From the human T2T-CHM13v2.0 reference genome, Homo sapiens, in the NCBI RefSeq assembly GCF_009914755.1, contig NC_060929.1: 64,000 nt of DNA; one strand, given 5' to 3'. Both the position numbers and the translations under genes were made by a program. The notes under the pieces were generated by a model that was not told the DNA's origin, searched no databases, and saw only the letters and a program-made list of their open reading frames with translations. The first letter of the stretch is position 1. Each line of letters begins with the position of its first letter. This document shows positions 39,560 through 53,609 of the stretch, piece by piece.

Positions 39560-42190
39560 TACAATATTAAATTGAGGTGAACTATTTGATTTGTTTTGAC
39601 AAATGTATAAATCCATGAAACAATCACCACAACCAAGATAACAAACTTATCAATTGCTCCAAAAATTTTCTCATACTCTGTTTTAATACTCTCTTCTTTA
39701 CTTCTTCCCCAACTCTAGGCAACTACTGATCTAGTTTCTGTCAGTATTGATTTTATGTAAATTGAAACCTACAAGATGTACTCTTTGGCTTCTTTCCTTC
39801 AGTAAAATTATGTTTAAGATTCATCCATGTTGTTCACATCCATAGTTAATTCTGTGTTCATACGGAGTAGTATTCTTTTGCATAGATATTCCACAATTTG
39901 TTTATCCATTCAAATGTTATGGATATTTGGATCGTTTCCAGTTTGTAGCTACTACAAATAAAGCAGTCATCAAAATTTATGAACAATCCTTTGAATGACT
40001 ATATGCTTTCATTTCTCTTGGGCTTCATTTTACCAAGCGAATTGGCTGAACCATATGATAAGTGTATATTTAACTTCTTAAGAAAGTGTCAAACTGTTTT
40101 CCAAAGTGGCCACAACATTTTACATTACCACCAATATATTAGAGTTCCACTCCTCACCAACACTTGCTATGAGAAGATTTTTAATAATAGGTGAGTATTG
40201 GATTTCATTGTACTGTTGATTTTCATTTCCCACATAACTAATAATGGTGAGCATCTTTCCATGTGCTTTAGTGTCATCAATATATCTTCTTTGATGAAGT
40301 GTGTTTGAATCTTGCCTATTTTTAATTAGGTATTTTTTCTTATTATTGAGGTTTGAGAAATCTATGTATATTCTGGATACAAGTCTTTTGTCAAGTATAT
40401 GCTTTGCAAAGATTTTCTTTCAATGTGTGGCTTGTATTTTCAATCTCATAATAATGGATTCCTTTTTACTTTTACTTTTGAAATAACTATAGATTCATAG
40501 GAAGTTGCCAAAATAGTACAGACACTTCTTGTGTATCTTTTCCCCACTCTCCTCCAATGTTCACATCTTGTATAGCTATAGTAAAATATCAAAACCAGGA
40601 ACTTGACATTGGTAGATAGTTCTATGCCATATTATCAAATGTATAGATTTATTTAACCACAGCTACAGTTGAGATATGGAACTATTGAAACATCACAAAT
40701 AAATTTCTTGTTGCACTACCCCCTTGAGAGTCACACCCACCCCTTTCCCCCATCATTCCTAACCTCTGGCACCCATGAATCTGTTCTCCATTTTCATACT
40801 TTTGTCATTTATAGAATTGTCATACAGTATGTGACTTTTTAAGGTTGGCTTTTTTTCACTCACCATAATTCCCTTGAACCATCAAAATTGTGATGTGCAT
40901 CTGTAGTACTTTCATTTTTTAATGTTAGTACTCCATGATATGAATATACCACAATTTATTTAACTACTCGTTTACTGAAGGAAACATTGTTGTTTCCAGT
41001 TTGGAACTATTATAAACAAAGCTGCTATAAGCATTGTGTACAGGTTGTAGTGTGAATGCACATTTTCATTTCTCTGGGATAAATGCCCAGGAGTGTAATT
41101 GCTGGATTGCATAGTAAGTGATTGTTTAGTTTTTGAGAAACTTTTACACTATTTTTCAGAGTGGTTTACCATTCTACATTCCTTTGAGAAATGTATGAGT
41201 AATCTAATTTCTCTGTATTCTCATCAGCATTTCGTGCTGTTTTTTATTTTAGCCATTCTGATTTACTCGTTATAGTTTTAATTTGCATTTTCCTAATGGC
41301 TAATGATGTTAAATATCTTCTCACGTGACTATTTGCCTATATCTGCTTCAGTGAAATGACAATTCATGTATTTTGCACATTTTCCAATTCTGTTTTTTTA
41401 CTGTTGAGTTTTGAAAGTGCTTTATATACTATATACAAGTCAATTGTCAGGTCAATTTTCTTTAAGAGATTTAAATAATAAGAAAAAAGATTCATGAAAT
41501 AGCCATTTCCAGGACATTTCATTTACATCAGGTCTCATTTTTTTTCTTCCTTAAAGAATTTCTTTAACTTTTTTGAAGCACAGGTTTGTGGGTGATAAAT
41601 TCTTTAAGCTATTGCTTGTATGAAACATCTTGATGTTTGAAAGCTGTTTTTGCTGGGTGTAGAATATTAAGTGGCTTTTTTTTTCTTTCAATACCATAAA
41701 GATGTTGCTACACTGTCTTCTCACTTGCATTGTCCCAAAGAGGAATCTACTGTCATCCTTACTTTTTTCTCAGTAAAAGGTGCCTTTTTTTTCTCTGGCT
41801 GCTTTTAAGAATTTTTTCGTCACTGGTTTTGAACAATTTGATTAGTATAGTTTTCTTCATGTTTCTTATGCTTGGGGTTCATTTAGATTTTTGGATAGTT
41901 TTCATCAAATTTAGAAAATGTCCCACCTGTATTTTGTCAAATATTTATTTGATTCTTTCCCTTCTTGAGGGACTCTACACATATATTAAGCCTTTTGAAG
42001 TTATCGCACAGGTCACTAATGCTCTTTTTTAAAAAAATTGCTTTTTTCCATGTGTGCTTCCTTTTTAATAGTTTCTAATGCATGTTTTCAAGTTTATCAA
42101 TATCATTTTCTGCAATACCTAATCTGCCATCAAGCCCATCATTGTATTTTCCATGTCAGATAATTATAGGTTTTTAATTTTTGGATGTCT

Positions 42191-42224
<34 letters not shown>

Positions 42225-43130
42225 CTTCCCTGTCTCTAACTAACTTTTGGAACACCTAGAATACAGTTATAAAAACTGTTCTAATGTCCTTGTCTGCTAA
42301 CTCTAACATTTCTGTCCATTTTAGGTCAGTTTCAGTTGGTTCATTTTGTCTTTATTATGGGTTATATTCCTCCCTTTTGAATACACCTGATAATTTTGGA
42401 CTGAACACTAGACATTGTGAATTTTCCTTTGTTGGATGCTGGATATTTTTTGGTTCTTGAGCTTTGTTCTTGGACGCAGTCAAAGTCCTTGGAAACAGTT
42501 GATTCTCTTGGATCTTGCTTTTGAGCTTCATTAATGGGACCAGAGCAACATTTAGTCTAGGGCCAACTATGCCTCATTCCTGACACAAGACCCTTCTAAG
42601 TACTATACTCCAGGCCTTTAGAATTATACAGTTTTCTAGTCTGGTTGGTGGGAATAGACACTATTCCTTGCCCTGTCAGAGTGCCAGGCACTGTATCTTC
42701 TAGTCTTCTGGGATGTTTTTCCCTTGGCCTCAGGTAGTTTCCATGCATGTACTTGCTGATCAGTACTTGGCTGAATACTTGAAGGGCACACTCTGCAGAT
42801 GTCTGGATTTCTTTCTCTGTGTAGCTCTCTCCTTTTTGGTGCTCCACCCTCTGGTACCTGTTGCCTTAATCTCCCCAGACTTTCAACTACATCTCCTCAA
42901 CACAAGGAGTCCAGTGAGCTCTGCCTTGGTTTCCCCTTTTTATGACACTAGAGCAATCACTGGGCTCATCTCATTTTTTCCTGATCTCTCAGGGATATCT
43001 GTCCATCATTATCTGAGGTCCAGTGTCTTATAAACTGTTGTTTCAAAATTTTGGTTTTCCTCTTTTCATTTTTCATTACTGTTGTTTCAGATGAGAAGGA
43101 AAACCCAGTCCTTGTTACTGCATCTTGGTC
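39560..43130 (-). mobile_element. Nested old L1M (MB/MC/MD-like) fragments
   Basis: Antisense L1 3' UTR/ORF2 motifs: gattcatccatgttgtt, gtcaaactgttttccaaagtggc, atttgcattttcctaatggctaatgatgtt; more 5'-type L1M sequence at about 41500-43130. Confidence 0.8.
42193..42221. repeat. Poly(T)29
   Basis: Read directly from the sequence. Confidence 0.95.
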
Positions 43131-43192
43131 ACAAACAGAGCAATACCACCTCTTGATGGAAAATGTGTCATAGAATTTGTGCATTAACTTTT

Positions 43193-43546
43193 CCATGGAA
43201 TATTGTGCAGCCATGAAAAAGAATGAGTTCATGTCCTCTGCAGGGACATGGATGAAACTGGAAACCATCATTCTCAGCAAAGTCACACAAGAAGAAGTGC
43301 ATGTTCACGCTTATAAGTGGGAGTTGAACAATGAGAACACATGGACACAGGCAGGGGAACATCACACACTGGGGCCTGTCAAGGGGTAGGGGGCTGGGGG
43401 AGGGATAGCATTAGGAGAAATACCTAATGTAAATGACAAGTTGATAGGTGCAGCAAACCAACATGGCACATGTATACCTATGTAACAAACCTGCACGTTG
43501 TGCATATGTACCCCAGAACTTAAAGTATAATAATAAAAATAAAAAT
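43193..43546 (+). mobile_element. 5'-truncated L1PA (PA7/8-like) 3' end with perfect 19-bp TSD
   Basis: Primate L1 3' UTR (aacaatgagaacacatggacacagg...gaacttaaagtataat); aatttgtgcattaactttt at 43174-43192 and 43547-43565. Confidence 0.96.
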
Positions 43547-44014
43547 AATTTGTGCATTAACTTTTAAACAACCATGTATGGTCATCATAACTATGGATTA
43601 TGGAAACAAGGTGAAGGGAATTAGTATTTTGGGGATACAATTATTTGTTATGTGCTTTTGTTTTCCTCATTTCATCCTCACAGCAACTCTAAGAAGTAAG
43701 AATTGTATATTCCACCCCACTTGACATATTACTGTAACGTAAGTTCCATGAGAATTAGAGTTTGTTTGTCTTGTCAGCTGTTGGATTTCCATAACCTAAC
43801 ATAGTACCTGGCAAATATGAGTGTATGAATAATAGAGTGAAGATCAGAAAGCTATGGTTCAGGCAGTTAAGTGAATTACTCAGTGTCATTGCTAACAAGT
43901 GGCATGTTTGGGATTCAAATCCAGTAGCTAACTGTAATACCCATTCTATTATCACTAGATTACCCTGTACTCAGCAAAGTGCACTAATGACATGAAATTA
44001 AAATGAACTGACTT

Positions 44015-45640
44015 TTCTTTTCAACAAATGGTGCTAGGAAAACTGCATATCCACATGCAAAGGAATGTTACATACAAAAATTTTTAACAACATTATATTC
44101 TAACACTGTATACAAAAACAACTCCAAATAAACCAATGACATAAATGTAAGAGCTAAAACTAAAACACTCTTAGAAGAAAGCATACAAGAAAAGCTTCAC
44201 ATTGAATTTGGCAATGATTTCTTAGATATCATACCAAAGAAACAGCAACAAAAGAAAATATAAAAGAATTTGACCTCATCAAAACAAAAAAGTATGCATC
44301 AAAGGACACTATCCACAGAGTAAAAAGGCAACCCACGAAATGGGGGAAAATATTTGCAAATCAAATATCTGATAAGGCATTTGTTTCAAGAATTGACAGA
44401 GAAATCCTAGAATACAACCGAAAAATAAAAACCCAAACAACCTAATTCAAAAAATGGAAAAGAAGTTGAATAGATATTTCTCCAAAGATATACAAATGGC
44501 CAATAAACACATTACAAGGTGTTCAAAATCACTAATTATCAGGGAAATGCAAATCAAAACCTCAATGAGATACAATTTCACACCCATGAGGATGGCTGTT
44601 ATTAAAAAAAAACAAAAACAGAAAATATTACACGTTGGCAAGAACGTGGAGAAATCAGACCTCTTGTGCACTACTGGTGGGAATATAAAATGCTATAGCT
44701 GCTATGGAAACCGACATGGTGTTCCCTCAGAAAATTAAAAATAGAATTACCATATGATCAGCAATAACACTTCTGGGTATGTACCCAAAATAATTGAAAT
44801 CAAGGACACAGTGAGATATATGTATACTCATTGTATTAGTCCATTCTCATGATACTAATAAAGACATACCAGAGACTGGGTAATTTATAAAAGAAAGAGG
44901 TTTAATTGACTCACAGTTCAGCACGGTTGGGGAGGCCTCAGGAAACTTACAATCATAGTAGAAGGGGAAGCAAACATGTCCTTCTTCACATGGCAGCAGG
45001 ATGGAGAAGTGCCAAGCAAAGGCAGAAAAGACCCTTGTAAAACCATTAGATCTCATGAGAACTCACTCCCTATCATGAGAACAGCATGGGGACTGTCCCC
45101 ATGATCTAATCACCTCCCATGAGGTACCTCCCCCAACATACTCAGATTACAATGCAAGATGAGATTTGGGTGGGGGCACAGAACCAGACCACATCACTCA
45201 TGCTCCCAGCAGCATTATTCTCAATCACCAAAAGGTGGAAGCAACTCAAGTGTCCATTGATGGAGGAACAGATAAACAAAATGGGGTGTATACATACAAT
45301 GAAATATTATTCAGCATTAAAAAGGAAGAAAATTCTGATATACGCTTGAAGACTTTATGCTAAGTGAAATAAGCCAGTCACAGAAGGACAAATAGTGTAT
45401 AACAGAAACAGATAGTAGAATGGTAGGTACCAGGGGCTGGTGGGAGGGGTTAATGGAGAGTTATTGTTTAATGGGTACAGAGTTTCAGTTCTGCAAGATG
45501 AAAAAAGTTCTGTGGATGGATGGTGGTGATGGTTGCACAATGTGAATGTACTTAATGCCCCTGAACTGTACACTTAAAAATAATGAAAATAGTAAGCAAT
45601 ATGTTATGGATATCTTACCACAATTTTAAAAAAAAATTTA
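44015..45640 (+). mobile_element. L1MB-like ORF2 3' end plus 3' UTR, interrupted by THE1
   Basis: ttttcaacaaatggtgctaggaaaactg...; translated remnant [29 protein letters not shown] is the L1 ORF2 C-terminus; possible TSD aaaatgaact. Confidence 0.9.
44832..45196 (-). mobile_element. THE1 (C/D-like) solo LTR
   Basis: tgtattagtccattctca...gatgagatttgggtgggggcacagaaccagaccacatca; perfect 5-bp TSD ctcat (44827-44831, 45197-45201). Confidence 0.94.
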
Positions 45641-46337
45641 AAAAATGAACTCTTCTGCGCATTAAACTATGTTTAATTTAATTGATTAAACAGCCCATCT
45701 CACTTTGCGCTGATTATACTGGCTGCTGGAATTTACTGTAATAGCCATCAAGAGGAATCGCTACCCAAAATATTAATACCTCACATTTTAAAAAAAAATC
45801 AGTGTTATGCTGGGACTGTGAGCAAAGAGCAATGAGAAACGACCCAGAACCTGCCTGGTCCCAAAATGCAAGGGCTAAAGAGCAGCCCATCTCTTGCTCT
45901 CTTATCTATCCCTTCTCCCTCATTGCTCACCACAATGTGAAAGTATGCACAACACCTATGTATAGTTAACTGACCTAGGATTCAGCATCATATCTCCAAA
46001 TTTTAGAATGGATGATGTGGACAGATTTGAACAACTCATCTCTTGTGCATTTTTCCCAGATATCAGATTTGAATATAATCTCAGTGCATTGTATATATTT
46101 TATATATCTGAAATTAGGACCTTACAAATTCAATATGCAAAACACACAAAATGATGTGGAGATTACCAAATAATATTTAAATAAAGACATCTTAGTTCCA
46201 GGGAAACTGTGACATAGTGATCTTCCTAGGAGTCCATGAAAATGTCCTTTGATAACTAAATTCCTTTGACAAATTGGGTGTATGTACGGATGTATGCTTT
46301 AACTATTTTTTATAGATGTGATTTATCTTATGTACTT

Positions 46338-46650
46338 TATTTTTATTAATTTTTTCTTTTACTTTTTTGAAATGGAGTCTCGCTCTGTTCACCCAGGCTG
46401 AAGTGCAGTGGCACGATCTCGGCTCACTGCAGCTCTGCCTCCCGGGTTCAAGCAATTACCCTGTCTCAGCCTCCTGAGTAGCTGGGACTAAGGGCATGTG
46501 CCACCAGGCCCAGCTAATTTTTATATTTTTAGTAGAGATGAGGTTTCACCATGTTGGTCAGGCTGGTCTCAAACTCCTGACTTCAAGTGATCCACCCACC
46601 TCAGCCTCCCAAAGTGCTGGGATTACAGGCGTGAGCCACTGAGCTCAGCC
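46338..46650 (-). mobile_element. AluS (Sz/Sx-like)
   Basis: Full antisense dimer; TSD tatcttatgtactt/tatattatgtactt. Confidence 0.94.
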
Positions 46651-47024
46651 TATATTATGTACTTCATATATAAGATGTACAGCATGCCAATCTTTAATGA
46701 ACTGTGGCTGGATTGAGAGAGTGCAGAGCAATAGGGGAAATTGGACCAAATTGTTGTAGAGAGACTTGACTGCAATTCAGAAAACCAGAATTTTACTCTA
46801 ATTCTGTTGCGACTAGACTACCTGTATGACCTTAGATTAATTTTTGTTGCTTCCCAGGTTTATTTCCTCTACAGTAAATTAAGTATGTCAAATTTGATTT
46901 AATGAGGTGATCTCTACATGCCGCCAACTGCAATAGTCTGAGTTCTATTATCCTATCAAGTTGACTGAGAGAAGCTAGAAAAGATACGTGAACTAAGAAA
47001 TAACTGGTAAAAGAGAAGGTGAGG

Positions 47025-47530
47025 GATTCAGTTACTGTGCTTTGGGTTGCAAGTAACAGAATTCCCAACAAGGTATGACTTGAGTAATAGGGGTTTATTA
47101 TTTCAGATGACAAGAAGTCTAGAAGTGACAGTTTCCAAGGTGGTTAATTAACATCTCACAAATGTCACATCTCTGGGTCAGCTTTTTTAGGATTCTCTTG
47201 GCTTCTCTGTTATTGTTGCCACAACTCCAAGCCCCCATCCTCATGAAATAAGATTTAAAAACATGGAGGAACATGAGATTTTCCTCATGAGTTTGTCTCT
47301 TTTATTTTTTACAAAAGGAAAATCAATCCCAACAGATTTCTTTTTATGTTCATTTGGTGAATGAGTCACATGCCCGTCCCTAAACCAATCCCTGGCAAAG
47401 GAGAATGGAATTATGATGAAAGGGATAGATGAATTATGACTCATGGGCATACGTGTGCCTTATCTGAGCCTATTTTTTGCATGGTATCTGAAAAGAAACC
47501 AGAGTTCTGTTAGCAAGTACAAAGAGAAAA
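47025..47530 (-). mobile_element. Old MaLR LTR (MLT1J-like)
   Basis: tgggttgcaagtaacagaa...gtcacatgcccgtccctaaaccaatccctggcaaaggagaatggaatt...gttctgttagcaag. Confidence 0.75.
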
Positions 47531-48383
47531 GAAAAATATGGAAAATCAAAGTAAAGACCCGAAAAGCTTGAGTTTATAAAAAAATCAGGATGGGAACCAA
47601 TTAAGAGATTTTATACTTCTAAATGTAGGCACCATGTAATAAAAACATCCACCTCGGATATTACATATATATTTACCTGGCTTGGGATTAGGGTATGGAT
47701 AGTGTATGTACGTAAAATAACTATCCTGGGCATCCGGGCAGAATTAGTCTTTGGTGGGAAAGAGGTTGGCCCTGATTGTATAAGGACAGTGGGTCTCAGT
47801 TTATATAGTTTGTATAAAGAGATTTTCCACTGTGAGGAAAAATAACTGTAAGTGCTTTACGGCATCCTAGAGATAATAGAGAGTGATGGAGTGGAGAGGA
47901 TGGAGTTACTAGAGCAAAGAGGGGGGTAACATTGTAATCTCAAGCCAAAGTCTAAAGAGGCACCCTGATCTTCAGTCCCTCAGATGGTGCCAGTAGACAA
48001 GATGAGCACAGCATTCATTAATCCATCCTTCTGTATGTCCCCAGCAATTCATCAAATAACCTCAGGGTTGAAGAGGCAACTTATCTGAGAGTCCCAAAGG
48101 TCATTGCATTTTAAAATCCTGTTTTTAGCCAGTAAAAAGCAGAGTCGTTCATGAATGTGGGAATTTCACAGCCAGGCCCATCACCATAATCTAATAAAAC
48201 TGTTGTCACTGAAGCACTCTTTAGACTGTGAAGGCTCATATCAAAGTCTTAATTACACTTCTTCATAGTAGTAACATTACATGAAAATGAGGGCATAAGA
48301 ATACATCAGAAAAGATTTGATTTAATATGGTTAAATCAGATTTAACAGAACTCGGGCATATTCCAGCACATCAGGCACAAAGT

Positions 48384-48441
48384 CCCTAATCTTTCAGCCA
48401 CTTTTAAGGAACTCCTAATCTTTCAGCCACTTTTAAGGAAC
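48384..48441 (+). repeat. 29-bp tandem duplication
   Basis: (c/t)cctaatctttcagccacttttaaggaac twice; 28 of 29 positions identical. Confidence 0.96.
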
Positions 48442-49804
48442 ATCTGCATCTTTGTAAAAAATCTGGTAAGATGAGCCAAAAGTTTTAAGAATGGACACAG
48501 CCACCTACAAGATAATAGAATTGTTAGGAGAAACCAATTCTCCTTGTTAGATTCTCATAGACTTATAAACGTCTAGGGCCTAAAAATACAGAGTAATTTC
48601 TAAGGGCTGGACTTTAGTGGTAACCAATTCCATCATCCTATTAAACAGAACAGTTGGTTATCACCATGAAAGAAGGACAGAATGGTAGAATTGGTTTTAA
48701 AGTTTTCTAAACATTCACTTCACAAATAAATGCACAACCATAAAAAGTATTTTATTTTAAAAAGAGTGCATCAGAAAATATATTTCATGTACCTCACTCA
48801 TTTCATTTCTGAAAGAATGATCTAAGAAAGCGGATAAAATGCATGAATAAAGATTGGATAGGTCCAGATTTGGCTTAGAACAATGCCTTCATCAAGGGGC
48901 TATGCTCCTCTAAAAGAACTAGTAAGGCAGAGTTAATAATCTTACATGTTTATCCTGCCAGTAATTGAATATGAGCTATGATCTTATGGAAAGTGGGAAA
49001 TTTTAAGGTCCTGCCATAGTTATTCTGAAACTAGCATATCAGGAGCCCATTTATCCCATATACTTTCAAGAGTAAGCAACACATGTGAATGTCCTTGGTT
49101 GCTCCATATAGGGAGTAGGGAGTTTTCTGACTACAGATGATATTACACATCTCTCAGTTAACTCGGTAATCCACATGCAAAGTCCAGCCCTTAGGGACAC
49201 TGTCCGGGGGTTTGTAACAGTCTTTGAGAGTCTTTGGTCCTATAACCTAAAGACTGGATTACACTCACCTGTTTGAGATTTTTGAATGAAAAATACAATA
49301 GAGATACATGATGCCATTTTCACATGTTTTTTTTTTTATGAGAAGATATAAACACAAGAGTAAAAATGATGAACAGAATTCCTCCTGTCAATTGGATATA
49401 TTCTCCATTTAACCATTTGGAGACACCAAAGCATAAGAAAGGTCATTATTCTAAAATATGGCAGAGTATTTTTATCTGACCAGTAAAGTGTGTTGCTCTG
49501 GCTCAAAGTAAGAACTGTGACCCAGCTGAAGGAAAGAGTCACACTTAAAATCTGGTTTGTAATGTGTCTTTCATTTCAGCAAATGACCTCCTTTCTGTCA
49601 CATATCAAAGAAGCTGTATAGGGTCAACTGACCTCTTCAAAGTGGGCGAGACAAAAGTCGGTGCTGCTACATCGGCAGCAGGGTTTCCAAGTTTGATTCT
49701 TTCCCCTAAACTGGGATGGTATAAAGCAGTCCCCAGCCACCTGGGTAGGAGACAGCCCACCCTTTGGGTTTGTGTAAGTCATTTGGGGCCATTTTAATGG
49801 CAAA

Positions 49805-49937
49805 ACGTCATGAGTTTTTCAAATTGTTCAAATCAGGATACTTTTGAGGGTGAAAGGAAGTACTGTTAATAATTATGTAAGGACAATAGGCATAAATACA
49901 GCTAGTCCTGAGAAAACAGGGGTGTGTGGTCACCCTA
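49805..49937 (-). mobile_element. MER94
   Basis: gatacttttgagggtgaaagg..ttaataattatg..ggacaataggc...gtgtgtggtcacccta. Confidence 0.8.
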
Positions 49938-50849
49938 CTCATATAGAAAAATGAGGTCAGATTTGTAAGGAATGTAAACAAATATGCAAAGTATATCTAC
50001 TAAAACTGTGCTCTATGGCCATCATATTGTCATAGAAACACAAATGAATTTGCGGATGGAAATCTTTTTCCAAGACAGCACTGGTTGATGTCGTTTGTGT
50101 CGTTATCACAGGAGGTGAAAACTATAGACGAGAGAGAGCACTTCCACAAATAGCACAGGAGCTTCTGCTAATAATTATAATGTACGATTACTATGGGGAA
50201 AAATGATACTTAAGAAGGACAGAGTGGGTTAGGAGGTGTGCATTTGCCGCCTTTCATTTTGGTCACTTGTTCTTTTTTTGATGGCTACCAGCACAGAGGA
50301 GGAAAAAGAATCTGTCTGAAGCAAGAGACTCCATCCTCACTCCAGCTGTGAGTCTCTGGTGGGAAGGAAAGCTACTCAAACTCTCCCAGTGAAACAGAAC
50401 ATGATTGTGGGGCTGCCACCAGAGCTATTTCAGTAAGCTCATATTTTTATAACCAAAACCACTTCCAACAAAAAAGAAGTCCAGGAGTTAATTTTTGTTT
50501 TAAGACTTTTAAGTGTAAAGCTAATACTAATTGAGAAATCTATTTAGCAAATATTTGCGGGGGAAACTACCACACCATTTTTTACTGTTGTTGTTGTTGT
50601 TGAAATGTTTCCCACTCCTCACCCCCTCAAAAAAAGGGGGTGTGGGTGTGGGGACAGAACAGAGGAAAGGAGAAAAGTGGCTTCAGCTCAGTGGAACACT
50701 AAAAAATGCACATGAATCAATTATGAAAAAGAGAAGGTCCCTTTGAATGACGAAAAGCTGATTGGAATTAAGATAGGCTTTGTTCCTATCTGGAAGGTAC
50801 AAGGAGGGGACTTTTCAGCGGAACAGAAAAGGGGGATTTGGGACTGTTT

Positions 50850-51520
50850 GGCTGCTTAATGCCATAGTGCTTCAGAGCCCATGTGAAAATTTGCTGCTGG
50901 CTATTAATCATCATTGTGCCCCTGCAAAGAAGCTGTTACAATGATGACTATATGTCATTATATTCCCACTGTAAGTAACGAATCAGAGAGCTGGGAAAGT
51001 TGGATAAGAGCGGCTGGCAAACTTTTAAGCGGTCGAATCTATTTAAATAAATTTACATCACATTTGCTACTTTCTCTGGTATGGGAATCATACTTTAAAA
51101 TGAAACAATATGCTGTGTTCATGGGGCCTGGTCTTTTATTCCCCTGTCTCTGAGCCTACTTTCCAGGTCAGCCTTTGCCGGCGCTGACAGCACGCTTTTC
51201 TCATAGCCTCTCCTTCTCATAGCCTTTGGTTGCTTTCAAGTTCAATTTAGCACAATAAAGTTGTTATGCATGACAGTTTGGAGAGCAGAATAGGTGGTGT
51301 CTGAGCCCGCTGTGTCGCTACAAAGTGGGCCCATTCTCTGTGGGCCGGCTCAGTTACTGGAGCCTTACTGGTGGGATACAGCCATGGACTTCCAGACGTT
51401 CCCATCCTGACGAAAACAATTAGCTTCAAACTGCACGAAGCCGCGGGGTCAGCCTCTCTTTGACTGAGACTGCGCCATTTAATATGCTGCAGTGGATTTC
51501 AAATTTATGTTGATTTATCC
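50850..51520. promoter_or_regulatory. Putative conserved enhancer (CpG-retaining, repeat-free)
   Basis: About 16 CpGs in 50979-51475; SOX-like cattgtg/acaatg, TGACAG (51185, 51271), TGATTTAT (51511). Function is inferred. Confidence 0.45.
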
Positions 51521-52976
51521 TGTTGTGTTCCTCTTTTATGCACTTTATTTACAGATGTGTAAAGAACAGGGAAAGTTAGAGTACCCCATGCTTCAAGAGT
51601 TTTATTCGAAATCTAAACCATTGTTTTATGTTTATTTTATCAAGAAATAGAGTTGAAACATGTCAGGCTTAATTCCATTAGGCTGAACTGCCCAGAACAG
51701 AGCCCTGGGGTTTGGAAGACAGAATCTGAAAGGAAGTGTCTCCTTAGCTAAGCATCATCAAGAAGCCAAACAACAAACAACCTCAAAACACCACTGTTGT
51801 CAGGGTAGTTTTCTATTGTGGGAGACTATCCCTCCAAAATCCCACTCTGACCTAAAAGTGACAGATCTTTTAATAAAACCAAACCGTAATTTTTCAACCA
51901 TTACAAGCCACCATGTATATCTGTGTATGTGCATACGGCTGTATCAGATCAATTAGTGTTTAGTATTCATTGACGTCCACCCAAGTGCTTACTGTCTTTA
52001 GAAATATGATACAAAATTCTGCTGCCAGAAAACAAATATTATTCGATTTTGATGCTGCAGAATTGTCCTCATGCAGAGAATGTAACATCTTCTCTTGTCC
52101 TCTGAAGAGAATCCTGTAACAAAGCAAATTTAGGTGTACTTTCAATTTTACCATCAGAGTAGTCCACGCCAGATGTCTTCAGTCTCTTAGGTCTCCTGGT
52201 AAAATAAATCACAGTTGTCTTGATTACTGATCTCACTAATTATAGGGTACAATCGTCAAATAAGCCCCCTTCTAGATTATAAATTAACTGAAAGCATATC
52301 TTAAAAGCATATTTCACTTTCCTAAAAGAGTTTATTATCTTTCTGTTAGCTATTTGTATTAAATATCTTTTTAACCAACCCTGCCACATAATATTTGCTT
52401 TAACTGTGTAATAGTACAGAATAGTAAAAAAAATAAAAATTATAACATGGAGAGAATTTCCCTGCAATAATTTTATCTTATAAAATTTAATATACTTGCA
52501 AAATATTTTTATCCAAATTACATCATTAAAAGGAGAAATCTATATCTAGTTTCAGCAAAGTTTCAGAAGGGAAGTCATTTGTTTGCCTTGGTCATCTCTC
52601 TCCTTCTGTTATTATATGAATATTATTTGGTGACATTTTTAGTAAGGCATTTTTTAAAGTCCTCATTTTAAATGGTTCCTGAAAATACAGCTGGACAAAG
52701 AAAAATTGCATTATGAGAGACTGTAAATGTGTCTGTGACAAAAGCACTATATCCTTTCTACTTTTCAGAGGGGATAATTTCTTTGCCATTCAAATGAGTG
52801 AATACTCCAAAAATTGACCAAGCTATTTAACTGATAATATGCACTTAAACAGTCTTTTATTTTTCTTGAAGAAATATATCAGAAGCATACCAAAAATTTC
52901 TCCATGCAAAAGTCATGCAAACAGAGGATGGTGAGCTGTTAGTCTGGAGGGTACACCTGGAAGTTTATACACACAT

Positions 52977-52978
<2 letters not shown>

Positions 52979-53015
<37 letters not shown>
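52979..53015. repeat. (AC)18 microsatellite
   Basis: Read directly from the sequence. Confidence 0.97.
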
Positions 53016-53016
<1 letters not shown>

Positions 53017-53609
53017 CACATGTGCAGAAGGCCTGTATGGTACAGGCTATAAAACTTAGCATATATCTCTTCATCTGGAATCTCCAGTAGAAATACAGGG
53101 TAACTTACCATAAGAGTTTGTTTCCTCATCTCCAAAGCAATTTCCTAGAAAAAAAATTGTTAAATTAATGAAAAGATATAAAAGAGTTTTGGAAGAAAGC
53201 TTGACAGATTATATAACATATCATAAGGATTTTACAGAACATTTAGAGAGACCCTGAATTTTGGACTGACAGATTTATATTCATACTCCCTGAGGAAAAA
53301 AAATACAGAAGAAACAATTGTGAATTGGTAGATCACTGTTACTCATTAGTGGAGCTACTTTTATTAAACTGATGTGAAAATGTCTGATATGGGAGAAGTT
53401 TGATATGGAAGATGATAGATCTTCAATGTTCTCTAGGAGCAAAGGAAAGAGGAAGAGAAAGAAAGGCAAAATGGAAGCTCATTCCAGGGAGTGAATTTGA
53501 AGTGAGGCAATATAAAGGTGAAAGAGAGAGAAGGTACTATTCATCATAAATGGCATCAACAATGTTAGCTAAATTTTACCAAGGTCTTTTAAGTCCTTTG
53601 GCTGAAACA

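Noticed and set aside
43383-43404. G-quadruplex motif
   Set aside because: Standard feature of the L1PA 3' UTR; not novel.
44454-44738. 94-aa ORF with real protein similarity
   Set aside because: Decayed L1 ORF2 C-terminus, not a host gene.
48384-48441. CRISPR-like 28-29-bp repeat
   Set aside because: Only two adjacent copies, no spacer, no cas genes, primate DNA.
49263-49300. Recursive splice site (cag|gtgagt on minus)
   Set aside because: The pyrimidine tract just upstream is weak; better read as an ordinary candidate donor.
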